A DNA stretch of 63,420 nt, filler included, from Olpidium bornovanus S191 (GCA_017911155.1; 32 parts of 32 records of this genome joined end to end with filler, not necessarily neighbours in it); one strand, 5' to 3'; positions 48,198 to 60,640 are shown, counted from the whole stretch's first letter. The notes: generated from the sequence alone by a model not told the origin. Translations and numbers: made by a program.

Positions 48198-49680
48198 CTG
48201 CAAAAGAAAAANNNNNNNNNNNNNNNNNNNNNNNNNNNNNNNNNNNNNNNNNNNNTTAATTAATTAANNNNNNNNNNNNNNNNNNNNNNNNNNNNNNNNN
48301 NNNNNNNNNNNACGGCAACACCGACAGCATGAGGAATCAGCCCTCCTCAGCCTGAAGCAATTACCTTCTGAGCCCTGTGTGTATACCACAGGAAGAAGAA
48401 CTGAAAAGATGCAAAAAAGGGCCCACGTACCAAACTCATCGTCACCATTTGTTGATGACGTTTTCCTCACAGGCCACAATGAAGAGGTAGTCAGTGGAAT
48501 TTGAGCGGTAGCCGGCCGAGAAGTTCACGACTGCAACACCACTGGAGAAACAGGGTGCCATAGAATGTAAGCACCAAATGGTTGAGACCTAGGAGAAGCG
48601 GGCGGTACGCCAAAGCAATTGGCGCGTGCCAAAGGACCACAACTATGGCCTGCCTTTGACATATCCTTTGCCACTTAATTTCTTGTAAGATTCACCACAA
48701 ACGCAACCAGCAGACGGTGGGCGGCCATCGAAATGGAGCCCTGGTACTTACGAGGGATAATTGAGGATGAGTTGTCTCCGGAGTAGAGACAACCCATTGG
48801 GACAAGCCTCATAACGTTGAGTTGCACAGATTGGGCGTGCTGCCACGGGAATACGCCCGTCCTTGATAGGGTTGATCGTGATGCACGGGAAAAGTGTGGT
48901 CTCGCGGCAAGGCAGAAGGTGTGCCACACTCGAGTGAAGCGGCAATCGTGTCTGGGCTCGCTGCGGTGCAGGAACTGGTAAAGGCTCTTACTGGAGATGA
49001 GCCCATCACGCGATGTATCAACCCCGTTGTAGTTACCAAGCCAACCCAGCTGAGAATCAACAACAAGGGTGCGGCTGCTTGCGACCAACATAAAGTGTGA
49101 CCGACGTCGAAACACATCGATATCGATGACCACCGCCTGAGGCGGTGTGCCGCGGGATGAAACCGCTCCAGGTCGAACATATGATTTCCACGAAAAACGC
49201 GGCTGGTACCTTCACCAAACCGTTAGGCAAGTTCAGAGAGGTTACCAGGCCTGGTGCCGAACAAAGCGCCCTACGCGCAACCAACCCCCTGTGTCTCTTC
49301 CCCTGTAATCCATCCAAGGAGATGACTGCTATGTTCAGGGCGGGAAGTTCATCTCGCCCGGCTACAATTGGATTTTTCTTTTCCCGGCTTAGTTCTCGGA
49401 CTCCGTCCAGCCGCCTCCGGCCCATTCGCGCCCGGCCCATTCCCATTTTCCCCCATCCGCCCCGCCGCAGGCGCCACCTCCCCGCTCTCCCCCGCCCCGC
49501 TTTCCCCTCCTCCCCACCACCACCACCGCCACCACCCCAGCCACCACGCGGGGCAGACCCGGCAGAGCACGCCTGCTGCGCGGAGTCCGGAGCGCCTCCG
49601 GAAGGACCTGCCGACCGCCGCGCGTTCAGGTGCCCCCGGGGGGGACCAGGGGACGGGGGGAAAAAAATAGGAACGGGCCC

Positions 49681-50154
49681 ATGGCGCTCCAAGAGGCGGC
49701 AACGGCGGATTTGCCGCCGCGGATATCGCTGGAAGAGGCCAAGGGCCCCGACTTCAAGCGGATGAACTCCAAGCAGGCGCGGCGCAAGTGCTGGGACGGC
49801 CGGGACGCGTACTTCGCCTGTCTCGACAAGCGCCGCGAGCCCGACGCCAACAAGGATACTCAAGAAGGAGGCGCGGGGTGCCGGCAGCCGAGGGAAGCGT
49901 ACCACGCCGCGTGCGTGGTGTCCTGGGTGGGTTTTGTTGAAGGGAGCGGTCGAGAGAGAGAGAGGTTCACGAGCTGCGGGGGGCGGGGAATGGGGGCGGT
50001 TTTTTTTTTTTGGGTCACGGCGAGTCGGAAACTAAGTCTCGTCGATTCCGTCTTCCTGTGCTCCCCGCTTTTGTTTGCCCGTCTGCAGATACAGCATTTC
50101 AACCTCCGGCGCCTGCAGGATAAGCAAAAAGAAGCAGCGATGAAAGGCCTGTGA
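49681..50154 (+). CDS. COA6: Cytochrome c oxidase assembly factor 6 (CX9C family), 2 exons
   Basis: RRKCWDGRDAYFACLD...C..PREAYHAACVVSW|IQHFNLRR. Confidence 0.85.
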   Translation: MALQEAATADLPPRISLEEAKGPDFKRMNSKQARRKCWDGRDAYFACLDKRREPDANKDTQEGGAGCRQPREAYHAACVVSWVGFVEGSGRERERFTSCGGRGMGAVFFFWVTASRKLSLVDSVFLCSPLLFARLQIQHFNLRRLQDKQKEAAMKGL

Positions 50155-50577
50155 GGCTGACCTCCTAACGACCGTCATAAGCAGCCTGACGTGGCCTCCG
50201 TATCTCTGCAGCACTTACTTTTCCGCCACAGTTCATCTTGCACGTGCCCGGCGATATCAGCATTTGAGCCGTATGCCGGTTCCACCTGACTAAGTACTTG
50301 TTTTTTTTCAGAAACTAATTGTTTCAAGGTCACGAATGTCAAAAAATTTTCCATTCTGAACTGCGTTCTGCTGCGCAAAAGGGCGGGCAGTGGTCAATAG
50401 TGGGCGTCGGATGATGATACCCCAGCGGGCCGATTCTTTGCAAGGGCAATTGGCGCGCCTTTGGGAAACATGNNNNNNNNNNNNNNNNNNNNNNNNNNNN
50501 NNNNNNNNNNNNNNNNTTAATTAATTAANNNNNNNNNNNNNNNNNNNNNNNNNNNNNNNNNNNNNNNNNNNNGGTGT

Positions 50578-50694
<117 letters not shown>

Positions 50695-51561
50695 GCCAGC
50701 GCACACTCCGTGAACCCACACTCTCCCAGATAGAGACTCCCCCTGCTGGCGGGGGCCGGTCGGAGTGCGCAATGTATGCAAAGCTATGGGTGCAACACGC
50801 GTAACGAAATAACGCTACCCAACACAGCACATTTTCCACTCAGCTCTTTAAAATTCAACCGCAGGAGTACCACGCTTGCGTCCGGAACGCCAAATATGGC
50901 CGGTTCAGCGTTGCCTCGGGAGCACCACGTGACAGTAGAGATGTTTGACATGCTCCCTTTTTTTTCCTGGGAGAAAAAAAACCCACTGAGGGACCGGCCA
51001 ATTGGAAAGTAATTGTGGGATTGGGATAGTCAGCGAAGTGACTTCAAATCACATTTAGAATGACATGACAAAGTGAACCGTTCCCGAAACACTCCGAACT
51101 CGTGGTTGTACATTTGACTAACTCAATTTCCGGTGGAACCACTTGGAAGGACTGGCTATTATCGTCCCATGCGCGCAAAGTGTTCGCCAGCCAGCCACGC
51201 GCAGGGCGTCCTACACCAGTTGTTTGAAACAGCAGGGCTCCTCCGTGTTCGAGATGCAAAGAATAACATTTTCCGTTTACAAGTTCCGCTGGGCGGGGGT
51301 ATTCTCTTGCGCAAGTGGTGCGGCCACGCGACCAACAGCGAAGCCCAGAAGAGACCACAAGAGCGGCGCCGCGGAGAAAAGAGAAGCGCGACGATTGCCT
51401 GCCTCAATGTGCAAAACGGGAGCACCGCGAACACGCGTTCGTGCAGCGCTTTCGTGAGACGCCGTAGGCCATACGTGTTTTTCGATCCGGCTGGACGAGT
51501 ACAACCTCCTCTTGCTTCGTTGGGAAGCTTTACTTTTTTCTGGGTGGCAGGGGTGGGGCGG

Positions 51562-51637
<76 letters not shown>

Positions 51638-52101
51638 AGCCGGTCGTTCCGCGGAGAATTCCCGGTGTCCCGGCTTCTTAACCGCAACGGGACGATCCGG
51701 CACGCGTTTTTTTTTATTTATTTTTTTTTCGCTGGCTGCGGTGAAGAACCGGTGGGAGGGGCGAGCGGGAGGAAGAACAGCGAATAAACGCGGGGCGGGG
51801 AAATAAACCCCTCCCGAAAAGGGCGCGGGCCGGAAGACCGGTATGTGCCGAAATGAAGGGGCATGAAAGAGGGGCCAAAGGACTTCAGGTGGAATCAAAA
51901 GGCATCGCGGGGCAGGAAACTGTCTTCCCGTAAAACGATTGAATTTCCCGCCTCCTCTCACTCAAAACAAACCAGAAGTAGANNNNNNNNNNNNNNNNNN
52001 NNNNNNNNNNNNNNNNNNNNNNNNNNTTAATTAATTAANNNNNNNNNNNNNNNNNNNNNNNNNNNNNNNNNNNNNNNNNNNNAAGGCGCTACTTCCTATG
52101 A

Positions 52102-52200
52102 AAGCCAGAGGATGGACGTATTGCCTTTGTGATTCCTCGCCCAGATTTTGGTCCCGGTGTGACAATGGTTGGTACCACCGACACACCTCTTGAAAAAAGT
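52102..52200 (+). pseudogene. Short fragment resembling FAD-dependent glycerol-3-phosphate dehydrogenase (GlpD-type)
   Basis: KPEDGRIAFVIPRPDFGPGVTMVGTTDTP resembles DGR..F.IP....T..GTTD. It is preceded by an in-frame TGA at 52099-52101. Confidence 0.4.
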
Positions 52201-54067
52201 TTCAGAATAACGTGGTGCGGTATCGCTAGGAAAAAGCTACCTGCTTCAGAAAGCCCACGGGGAGTCTTGGACGAAGCAAACTTTCCGCCCGGCCCCGCCG
52301 TGCGGGGATACAAAACGGGAGGGGAGGGGGAAGGTCCCTTCCTCCGCTCCTCCCCTTCCCCCTCCCTCCCCCCCGCTGCCGCTTCTTTTCGGCCGGGCTC
52401 GCCCGGGGTCTGTTTCCGTCTGCTTCTTCAACTGGAAAAATCGCGCGTGCCCCGCAATTTGTTGGTTTTTTTTTTTACCCCATTTCCCCGCCGGAAGATA
52501 AAACTTTGAGTGCAAAAACCAACACCCCGCAGACGCGGATGAACGAAATAAAAAAATCTCTTACTTTGCGTTTCACGGCACCGCCGTGCTCGTTCGCGGC
52601 CGGCCCAAAACAGGAAACCAGCGCTCGTGCGGCACTTGAGAGACGGGTCGGGGTAGGGTGGAGTGGGGGAGGGGAAAGGTTACGTGAAACCTGTTTAGAA
52701 TTAGCCCGCCGGCCTACAAAAAACATTCCCGCTCTTTATTCTGCTCTAGTTTCTCTCCTTCGAGCGCCCGGAAGGAAGGGGGGAAAGAAGAAGGTGGAGA
52801 AAATCCTACACCACGAACGCCGTTTCCCAAATCTAAACCGGGTGCTCTGGGGGGGATTGGGGGTGTGGGGTAGCATCTTTGATAAACATGCTGTTCGGTT
52901 ATAGACTGTGGTTACTTTTTCCTTCTCTACTTTGGCAGACTGCGTGCCAGGTAATGTTGATACACGTTTCTGACAAACTTAGAGGCTTTTTTTTTATTGT
53001 TTTCTCGGGCGGGGTACCAGGCCACGCTGAGCTTGTAATCGAGAGAACGAACCCTTCTCGAAAGGGATGGCAGCAGAAAAGGGTTGGCTTTGGCTTTTGC
53101 GGCAGAGAGGCGAGACTGATTGACGCGGGCGGGGAAGAGTATAGAAGTTCTCGACCCACCCGACGGGTGCATCTACATTCGAAGGTTGCGCCGACGAATG
53201 CTTCAACGGACGCTGCTGACCAAGCATCAACGCTCCGATTGCTTTCTTCCCTATGTCCCGTCCCAAGGAGCGCGCCGACAGCCCGTTCGGAGGGTGGCGC
53301 GGGTCGCAAGGCGGCCGGGGCTGGGTTTGTTTCGATCGTTGGCGCAAGATGCCCTTCAAGGAGAGGGAGAGCTCGACGACCGCCCCCCCACCACCGCGTG
53401 ATCCCGGAGAGGGGCACGGTTTTCTCCGACAATTTTGCAGGACGGCCGTCAAGCCGTATTTGCGGGGAAACGCGGGATCTTGGTTAACCGCGTTTTCTGC
53501 GAGACAATTTATTTTTTTAGCCCGGAAGTTTCGCCGACACGCTGAAGATTCTTAAGCGGCCGTCTGTTTGATTGTGGAAGCGACGGCATAAGAGAAACAT
53601 CGCAAACGTGCTTTCACGCGTCTATTTGAGGGCAGGGCAAACTCAGGGGAGGGAATTCGGCGATTACTCATGAGGGATATGGCATAAGTTGGCCTGGCCC
53701 CTCTTACGAAACAAAATACCAAACCTGGAGGTGACGGCTGAAGGGAGATGAACCAGCTGCCTGGGAAGGGGATTAATGAAAAACTATATNNNNNNNNNNN
53801 NNNNNNNNNNNNNNNNNNNNNNNNNNNNNNNNNTTAATTAATTAANNNNNNNNNNNNNNNNNNNNNNNNNNNNNNNNNNNNNNNNNNNNCCATGCCTTGG
53901 TCCTCCGGCAGTGCGCCCAACGCGGCCGGGGTCTTGGGCAGACTGGAGCGGACGGACCAAAGTTTGAAAGGTGAGGTGGGTATCTCTGCGAGAGGCTCGA
54001 ACGCCTGTTCTTAAATTCCATCGCTCGATCGAGGCGAAGCGCGCATCAACGACCGCGGTCTGGTCTG

Positions 54068-54140
54068 TCGCCCGGACTAGCGATCTTTCCCAGCGGTTCG
54101 CCCGGACTTGCGATCGTTCCCAGTTGTTCGCCCGGGGACT
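54068..54140. repeat. 30-bp tandem repeat, about 2.4 copies
   Basis: TCGCCCGGACTAGCGATCTTTCCCAGCGGT / TCGCCCGGACTTGCGATCGTTCCCAGTTGT / TCGCCCGG, with starts at 54068, 54098 and 54128. Confidence 0.85.
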
Positions 54141-55049
54141 AACGGGATGCAATTTTTTGAGCGAGGGGGTGTGTGTGGGGGGCTGGCTGGCTATGATAAC
54201 GGTCGGATGCGCGCAATCAATCAGCAACTCCGCACGAAGCGGGTAGCTGTTCTGGCCACCTGGGTCGAAGCAAAGAACACAGTCAAAATGGAGTGGCAGA
54301 CCTCGAAACAAGACGCGCAAACCACACAGTGATGGCCTGCCGACGAAGGGGGCGACGCGTCGGGGGAGGCTCCTGCGCTCGGGGCCGCACGCGTCAATGC
54401 GACGCGCGAACCGGAAGCGGAGGGTTCGTCGCGAATCAACGCGGGGATCTGGACCTGGGGCTGCCTGCGCGTCACGTCACGGTGCCGGTGCCGGGACAAA
54501 CCGTAGGGCGCTCATCAGCTCCGGCAGCGAAATCGCGGTTGCGGACGCGCAGTTGGCAGCAGAGGCCAAATGGCTGTATGATCCGCGGCCGAATTGGCAA
54601 TGATAACCCGCACCGGGAGCGACGGTCGTCCGTGCTGCAAGCGACGGTGCGGAGCGTTGCCTCGTTAAAAAAACTTGCTGGTAAAAATTTGATTGGAGAA
54701 GAAACTGGGTAAAAACTCGATTAGAGAAGAAACATTCAAGGACCCTGGGGCGAGGGAGAACGGAGCGAGGGGCGGGACACGGCACGAACGGGGTCTGTTG
54801 GTGTGCAGAAATGCCGCGGACTGGGGGGGGATGGGAGTGTTCGAGCCTGTCGTTGATCACTACACGGCAACCGCGGATGCAAACGTTTTGTAATTCGCCG
54901 GATGTTACGTTCGCCAGAGGCTCATTCCTCGCGGCATTCGTAGTTTTATTACGCTTTAAAAATATTTTCCGGTCGGTCGACTTGGGGTGAGGCCGGGTGG
55001 GCAGAAGAAGTTAGTTTTTTTTATCTCGGAAAATTTTTCTCCTCAAAAG

Positions 55050-55095
<46 letters not shown>

Positions 55096-55129
55096 CGTCG
55101 ACGCCCGGCCCCGGGCCCAAGGGGGAGCC

Positions 55130-55166
<37 letters not shown>

Positions 55167-55320
55167 GCNNNNNNNNNNNNNNNNNNNNNNNNNNNNNNNN
55201 NNNNNNNNNNNNTTAATTAATTAANNNNNNNNNNNNNNNNNNNNNNNNNNNNNNNNNNNNNNNNNNNNCATGATATCTAAAGTATTTCCCAACAAAGCAC
55301 CCTCGACTCGAGTACTGCGG

Positions 55321-56083
55321 TTATCGACCGGTAGCAGCGTCAACGCGCGCGACCGGTAAAGGTCTCTGCATTTCCGGTATTTCTGACACCCCCGGCTCCG
55401 CCAGGACCTGTCGAAGGCGTGTGACGATACACAGCTCGGTGTGCGTCAGCGTCGTCGCGTCTGCTGTGGACGGGAGGTCGAGGGACACAAACATTTGCTT
55501 CTTGAATTTGCTCGCTGTTTCCGGACGAAGAGAAATAAAAGGGTGGAAAGACGGGGTGATATTCAATAGAAAAACGTCCTGCGCTGCTGCCGGGGTACAC
55601 GCCTGGCGCTTACCTAGCCGTCTTGCAATGCCCTTGCTGGCTTCGCCAGCGGCGTCGCCGAGGAGACTCGTCGCATGGGACAACCCACGACTCTGTTGTT
55701 TGAATCGACCGCGTCAGTCGGCCAGAAGATGCAACTGCTTCAGCGAAACTGCTCACCTGTGCGAGCCCTGGTGGAGGGGGCAGCGCCAGGCTGGTTGAGC
55801 CGAGCCCGCCGGTCTCGCCAGCCCACACCCAGCAGCAGTCCCCGTCCATGAGAATGAACTGGAGGAAAAGCGGGGAGCACGCGAAGCCGTCCCTCTCTTC
55901 GACAAACCGGACGACCCTCATGACGGCGAAATCGCCAAAAAAAAAAGAGGTCGCGCGGGGGCGTTCCCAGGGCCGCCGCGGGTAGTGGGCGGCGACGGCA
56001 CGGTAACGGCCAAGCAGAGCGGGTGGCGCAGGCGGGTCGGCGTCGGCCAGAGCGGCGGGCGGGGGCGGGGGCGGGGGAAGCAT
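55321..56083 (-). CDS. PSMG4: Proteasome assembly chaperone 4 (PAC4), spliced
   Basis: LFLQFILMDGDCCWVWAG..LGSTSLALP, TSLLGDAAGEASKGIARRL, KFKKQMFVSLDL (cf. PSMG4 TSLLGD..STGLAQRLA.K..KQVFVSYNL). Confidence 0.72.
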
Positions 56084-56222
56084 GTTGCGCTTCCATTTTT
56101 GGCTGGTTGTCACATGACAGTCACGGGACTCCAGACACCCAAACCACCACCCATCATCCTTCCCCCCCTGAGAAGGTCTGCGTTTCTTTGGGCAACCGCG
56201 ACCACGACCGGCCGCCCCGAGA

Positions 56223-58158
56223 ATGGACTCGCCGACGAACGCGGGCCCTGCGCTGCAGCGCGTTCCCGCCTCCGCCGCGCCGCGCGCGGACGAAGCTCCC
56301 GCCATTTCGGACGACGGCCTGTTTTGGGCTAAGCTCCAGCCACCTTCCCAGCGGCCACCGTCCCAGCTCTACCACCCCCCTGTGCCCGCCCAAGAGACCT
56401 GCACCGGATCTGGGCTGGCGGTTCCTGCCGACGACGGGCGCGCTGCGGCCGTCCGCAGCAACAGCGACAGCGACTGTGCTGCCGCAGTTGCGCACGGCGC
56501 CGTCGAGTCTGAAGCGGGCATCGAACAGCCGTGCGCGCAGCCATCCGTGACCTCGCGAACGGAGGAGAACGTTGACGTCCTCTCTTTGCGAGAAGAGTTG
56601 CCGAGCGGGCAGCCCTCTGTGACCCCAGCAACGGAGGAAGACGTTCCCGTCCCTCCGCCTGAAGGCCCGCCGACGTCGCGAGGTGAGAACGACGGGTCCG
56701 ACCGTCCCGAAGCGAAACAACGCTTGACGAGGGCCAGAGACTGGCAGGAGCCGGCGGAGAAACCCGCGGTCGAGACATCCCTTGCCGCCGAGAGCGCGCA
56801 CGCGGCGGACGTGCGCAACAGCCGGCCCACGAACCTGGCAGTGGGTCTGATCCGCGCGTTGGATTTTTTGGCCGACCCAAATGGGTCGACCTACGACGAA
56901 ATTGTCGCTTGCCTGGAGAGGAACAAGTGGCATGACTTCAGGTGAGGACCCTGCGCGTGAGTTCCCGACTGCGGCAGTCTGGTCGACGGCAGAAGGCCGA
57001 TGCTTCGGTCGGCCCGTCCGAGGGTTGTCGGGCGGAGTGTGCGTCGTGCAGGCTTGCAATGGGGCCGTTGGCGGAGTGAGGGTGCCGTGTTAACGACATC
57101 TCATGACGTTCCCTGGTACTCTGCTTTTCCAAAAGCAATTGCCAGACCCCGCATGCCTCGATCCGGAGCAGGGCGTACGTTCTCATCAGCAAGGCCCGGG
57201 AGGCCCTTGGGGATGACCGGGTCCGACCGCTGGCAGCCTACCGGAGGGCTGAAGAGGCCACGAACAGGCTCAAGCTTGGCTCGCTTACCGCGGAGCAGTG
57301 GCGAACGATAGGCATCGACCCGCCGCCGCGGTGGGGAAACGTATGGCCCGGCGGGTCCCGGGAGTGGGACGGGAAAGAGGTCAGCCTGTCGCCTCCGAGG
57401 CCGGACCATCTTATGGATGCCGCGGCCGGGGACGTGGATCCGCATTTGGTTACGATTCCCGGCCTTATGCCTGCTGCGCGGGCGACATCTCAAGATGAAG
57501 GCCCGCGCGCGTCGAAGAGGGTGAAACTGGATCACGATCCGATGCTCCGTCGTTCTTCGCGCGTCCGTGAGAACCACCCCAGTCACGGCAGCAGCGCGGC
57601 GAAAACGCCGTCCGATTGCGCCGCCCCCCAGTCCGCGCCGCCCCCAACGGCCGCGATATCCCGCAAGCGAGGGCGACCGCGGAAGAATCTCGCCGATGCC
57701 GCGACGGAGGACCTAGCTTGCCTGGCTAGCCGGGTGCGTGAGAACCGACGGCCGCTGAAGCGTGTTTCGTATTTCGAAGGGGACGACGGCGACACGGCCT
57801 TCGACGACGAGGAGTGGCCGAAAACCGGGTTCGGGCCTGGCTGGGTGGCGGAGGAGACCGAGAACGCGGTCGCGCCCTCGGCTGCCGGGGAGCACGCAGA
57901 GCGACTCGCACACGTCAAATGTGCGGATTCGCAGCGGCCGCAGAAACCGCATGCAGCAGAAGCGGAAGAGACTCCAGAATCGCAGCAACATCAGCAGGAC
58001 TGTTGGCCCTCCGACCAATCCGGTAAACCGCGCAGCTACCATGAACTGATGCAGATGGCCGAGCGCGTGATTGCTGCGCCGATCGGCGGCCTGGTGCCGA
58101 TACTCGGCGTGAGCGAAAGCGGAGCAGCCGCGGACAAGTCGGTCGACCGCCACGTGGA
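56223..58158 (+). CDS. Chromatin protein with winged-helix (HARE-HTH/H15-like) domain and AT-hook, partial
   Basis: AVGLIRALDFLADPNGSTYDEIVACLERNKWHDF|SNCQTPHASIRSR across intron 56942-57135, which restores frame with the downstream ORF. RKRGRPRK at ~57661-57684. Confidence 0.6.
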
Positions 58159-58390
58159 NNNNNNNNNNNNNNNNNNNNNNNNNNNNNNNNNNNNNNNNNN
58201 NNTTAATTAATTAANNNNNNNNNNNNNNNNNNNNNNNNNNNNNNNNNNNNNNNNNNNNCACGTTGTGGGTGGAGGTGGCGAAGGAGAAGATTACGGAGTC
58301 GCCTGCGGGTTGGGGGGTTTGCCGCAAAATAGAAAAGGAACGGGGCATCGAAGGTTTAACCCGAGGGGAAAAAGAAAAAATATACAACTT

Positions 58391-60067
58391 TTACGTGCTC
58401 GTGTCTAGGTAGTACATCAGGTATTGGGATAAGACGTGGCCCACCCGTTCCGTGTCGTCGGCCGCCAACGTGGAAATGGTCTCGTGCTCGTGCGAGGGGA
58501 CGTCCCGGTAGAACTGCGCGCTATACAGGCGGAGGAGGCCCAAGAGGTCGGCGACGAACGGCTCGCTGCGGCGCAGGTGGATGAGCATGGCCGTCAGCAC
58601 GGCGAGCATCAGGCACCAGACGCGGTGCCAGGCGTGCTGGACCTCCCGGTCGCCGTCGGCGACCGTTGCCGCCGCCGCCGCGTGCGCGCCGCCGTCCGCG
58701 GCGTCGGCGAAATGCGGTGAGACCAGCTGCCCCTGCTGCAGGGCCGGCGAGAGCGAGTTGTTGGAGAAAATCGCGACCACACCGCGGCCCGCCAGCCGCG
58801 CGGCGGCCGCGGGAGTCATCGCCGCGCGGAGGAGAAAATCGAGGACGCTCAACGCGAGGGCCGGCGGCTCGGAGCGCGGGACGTCCACGGCCGCGGCGAA
58901 GCCGACAAGGGCGCAGCGCAGGAGATCCCTGTCCCGGAACTGCGCCAGCCACAGCGAAGCGTCCGCACTGAGCGGCGGCGAGATCAGCTCCGAGACCAAC
59001 GCCAGAATCAGGTCGACGTCCTCGCAGGTCTTGGGCGCCCGCGACCGGCCGAGCGATTCCAGAGCCGTCGACGCGGCTCCGCTCACGACCGCCAGGCAAG
59101 CCTCGCACTGCTCCCGCACGGCAGTTCCCGCGGGTCCGTCGAAATCGTTTGCGGGGAACGCCCGCAATCGCTCCAGGAGCAACAGCATTGACGCCAGTAG
59201 GTGAGACTGGAACTCGTGGCCAATCTGAACACTGACGGGGTCCACGAGAATTGCGTCCTCCTCTTTAAGAGCCATCTGAATGCGTTCCAAGAGTGGCGAC
59301 AAACGTTCGAACGGCAAGCCTACCAGCGCGCCCGCTCCGGAGGATCCGGCAGCCAAAAGCATCGCGGGCGGCGGCGCTGCAGCCGTAGGCGCGCCCGGTG
59401 CGTTCTGCGGTGCCACCAGCCGCTCGACGAGGAACAGCAAAAGGTCCGCCATCTGGGCCCGGGCAGCCATCACGACAGGCTCGGTTCCGATTATGCGCGA
59501 CAAAACCTCCGCGGTGTCCATAGCGAAGCCCAGCACGACGCCCGCGACGTCCCGGGATCCCCACAGCGCACGCGCGGCCGGGCTGAACGCCAGGGCGAGT
59601 AGCTGCTTCCAGCTCCGGAGCAAAACGTGCTGCGCGTCCGTAAGGGACAGATTGTGGTTGACGCGCGCTGCGAGTGACTGCAGTTGCTTGACAACAAGCG
59701 GTGCCGCCGCCTTGCCGTGCGAGCGCCCCGACTGAGCCTCGAGCTGGGCGGCGATAGCATCGAGGTCGAACATAAACGAGTCGCCGTACGTCCCCGCCAC
59801 ATTGTAATCGTCGCTTCTTTTGAGAACCCGGGCTAGGCTCAGATCCACGCGGGATTCCTGCGCTCGCCGCAACAGCTCGCCGTAAAGGTGCTGGTTAAAG
59901 CTGACTCTGAGCCCATTTCTGAACAGCCCGCGATCGCCAAACACTATAGCCTGGATCACTTTGTTAACTGGCGGAAGAAGGTGGCCCTTGGTTGCCAAAT
60001 TGTTCGCCGGCCCGAGACCATTTTCCGTCGACGCAACCGGCGAAAGTCGTGCTGTTGCACTTGACAT
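58391..60067 (-). CDS. NUP188: Nucleoporin Nup188-like (Nup188/Nup205 family), C-terminal part
   Basis: 558-aa helical ORF with VNHNLSLTDAQHVLLRSWKQLL and AWHRVWCLMLAVLTAMLIHLR..FVADLLGLL. Confidence 0.6.
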   Translation of the reverse strand: MSSATARLSPVASTENGLGPANNLATKGHLLPPVNKVIQAIVFGDRGLFRNGLRVSFNQHLYGELLRRAQESRVDLSLARVLKRSDDYNVAGTYGDSFMFDLDAIAAQLEAQSGRSHGKAAAPLVVKQLQSLAARVNHNLSLTDAQHVLLRSWKQLLALAFSPAARALWGSRDVAGVVLGFAMDTAEVLSRIIGTEPVVMAARAQMADLLLFLVERLVAPQNAPGAPTAAAPPPAMLLAAGSSGAGALVGLPFERLSPLLERIQMALKEEDAILVDPVSVQIGHEFQSHLLASMLLLLERLRAFPANDFDGPAGTAVREQCEACLAVVSGAASTALESLGRSRAPKTCEDVDLILALVSELISPPLSADASLWLAQFRDRDLLRCALVGFAAAVDVPRSEPPALALSVLDFLLRAAMTPAAAARLAGRGVVAIFSNNSLSPALQQGQLVSPHFADAADGGAHAAAAATVADGDREVQHAWHRVWCLMLAVLTAMLIHLRRSEPFVADLLGLLRLYSAQFYRDVPSHEHETISTLAADDTERVGHVLSQYLMYYLDTST

Positions 60068-60168
60068 GNNNNNNNNNNNNNNNNNNNNNNNNNNNNNNNN
60101 NNNNNNNNNNNNTTAATTAATTAANNNNNNNNNNNNNNNNNNNNNNNNNNNNNNNNNNNNNNNNNNNN

Positions 60169-60640
60169 AGATCAAGATCCACCGGTCCGACCGAGTAGGA
60201 GAATTCCTTGGGGAACGATATGCCGCAGAATTGGCCCATCGGGGCATCTGATGCGAAATGACTGTCAGCAGGAGCGTGCTGGATACATGGCGATAGACGA
60301 CGAAAAAGAAAGTGAAGGGGAGGAAGAACACGATGGGAGTCAATGTTTCAATAGACTTTTGCCATGTTCTGTTTGTCTATCAAGTATCGCCAAATAGCGT
60401 TGCACCAGCAGGAACGTGCGTGATACATGCTGATAGACGAGGAGGAAAAAGATGTGAGGGAGGAAGGACACAATGGGAAGGACACAATTCGGGTGCTGGA
60501 ATCTTTTCGCCAAGGTGCAGGCAGATCCTGATCTGGTAGGGTGAACTGATTTCCTTAAATCAAGGCACAAATGACATTACGGCAAATGATGCCACATAAT
60601 TTAAAGCTCTGATAGGAGCACATTGCCCGGCCGTTGTTGA
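60169..60640 (+). mobile_element. Degenerate retroelement-like relic with ~140-bp internal duplication
   Basis: Two diverged copies start near 60266 and 60406 (CAGCAGGA.CGTGC..GATACATG..GATAGACGA). There is a decayed zinc-knuckle-like TICRRIGPSGHLMRNDC, and multiple stops. Confidence 0.3.

Noticed and set aside
48312-48660. Possible fatty-acid desaturase or other membrane enzyme exon
   Set aside because: No His-box or other diagnostic motif in any frame; left unassigned.
48894-49100. AAIVSGLAAVQELVKAL resembling the C-terminal motif of ThiF/E1-like enzymes
   Set aside because: Short, with no supporting upstream E1 motifs on the plus strand. Splice signals in the region favour an unidentified minus-strand gene.
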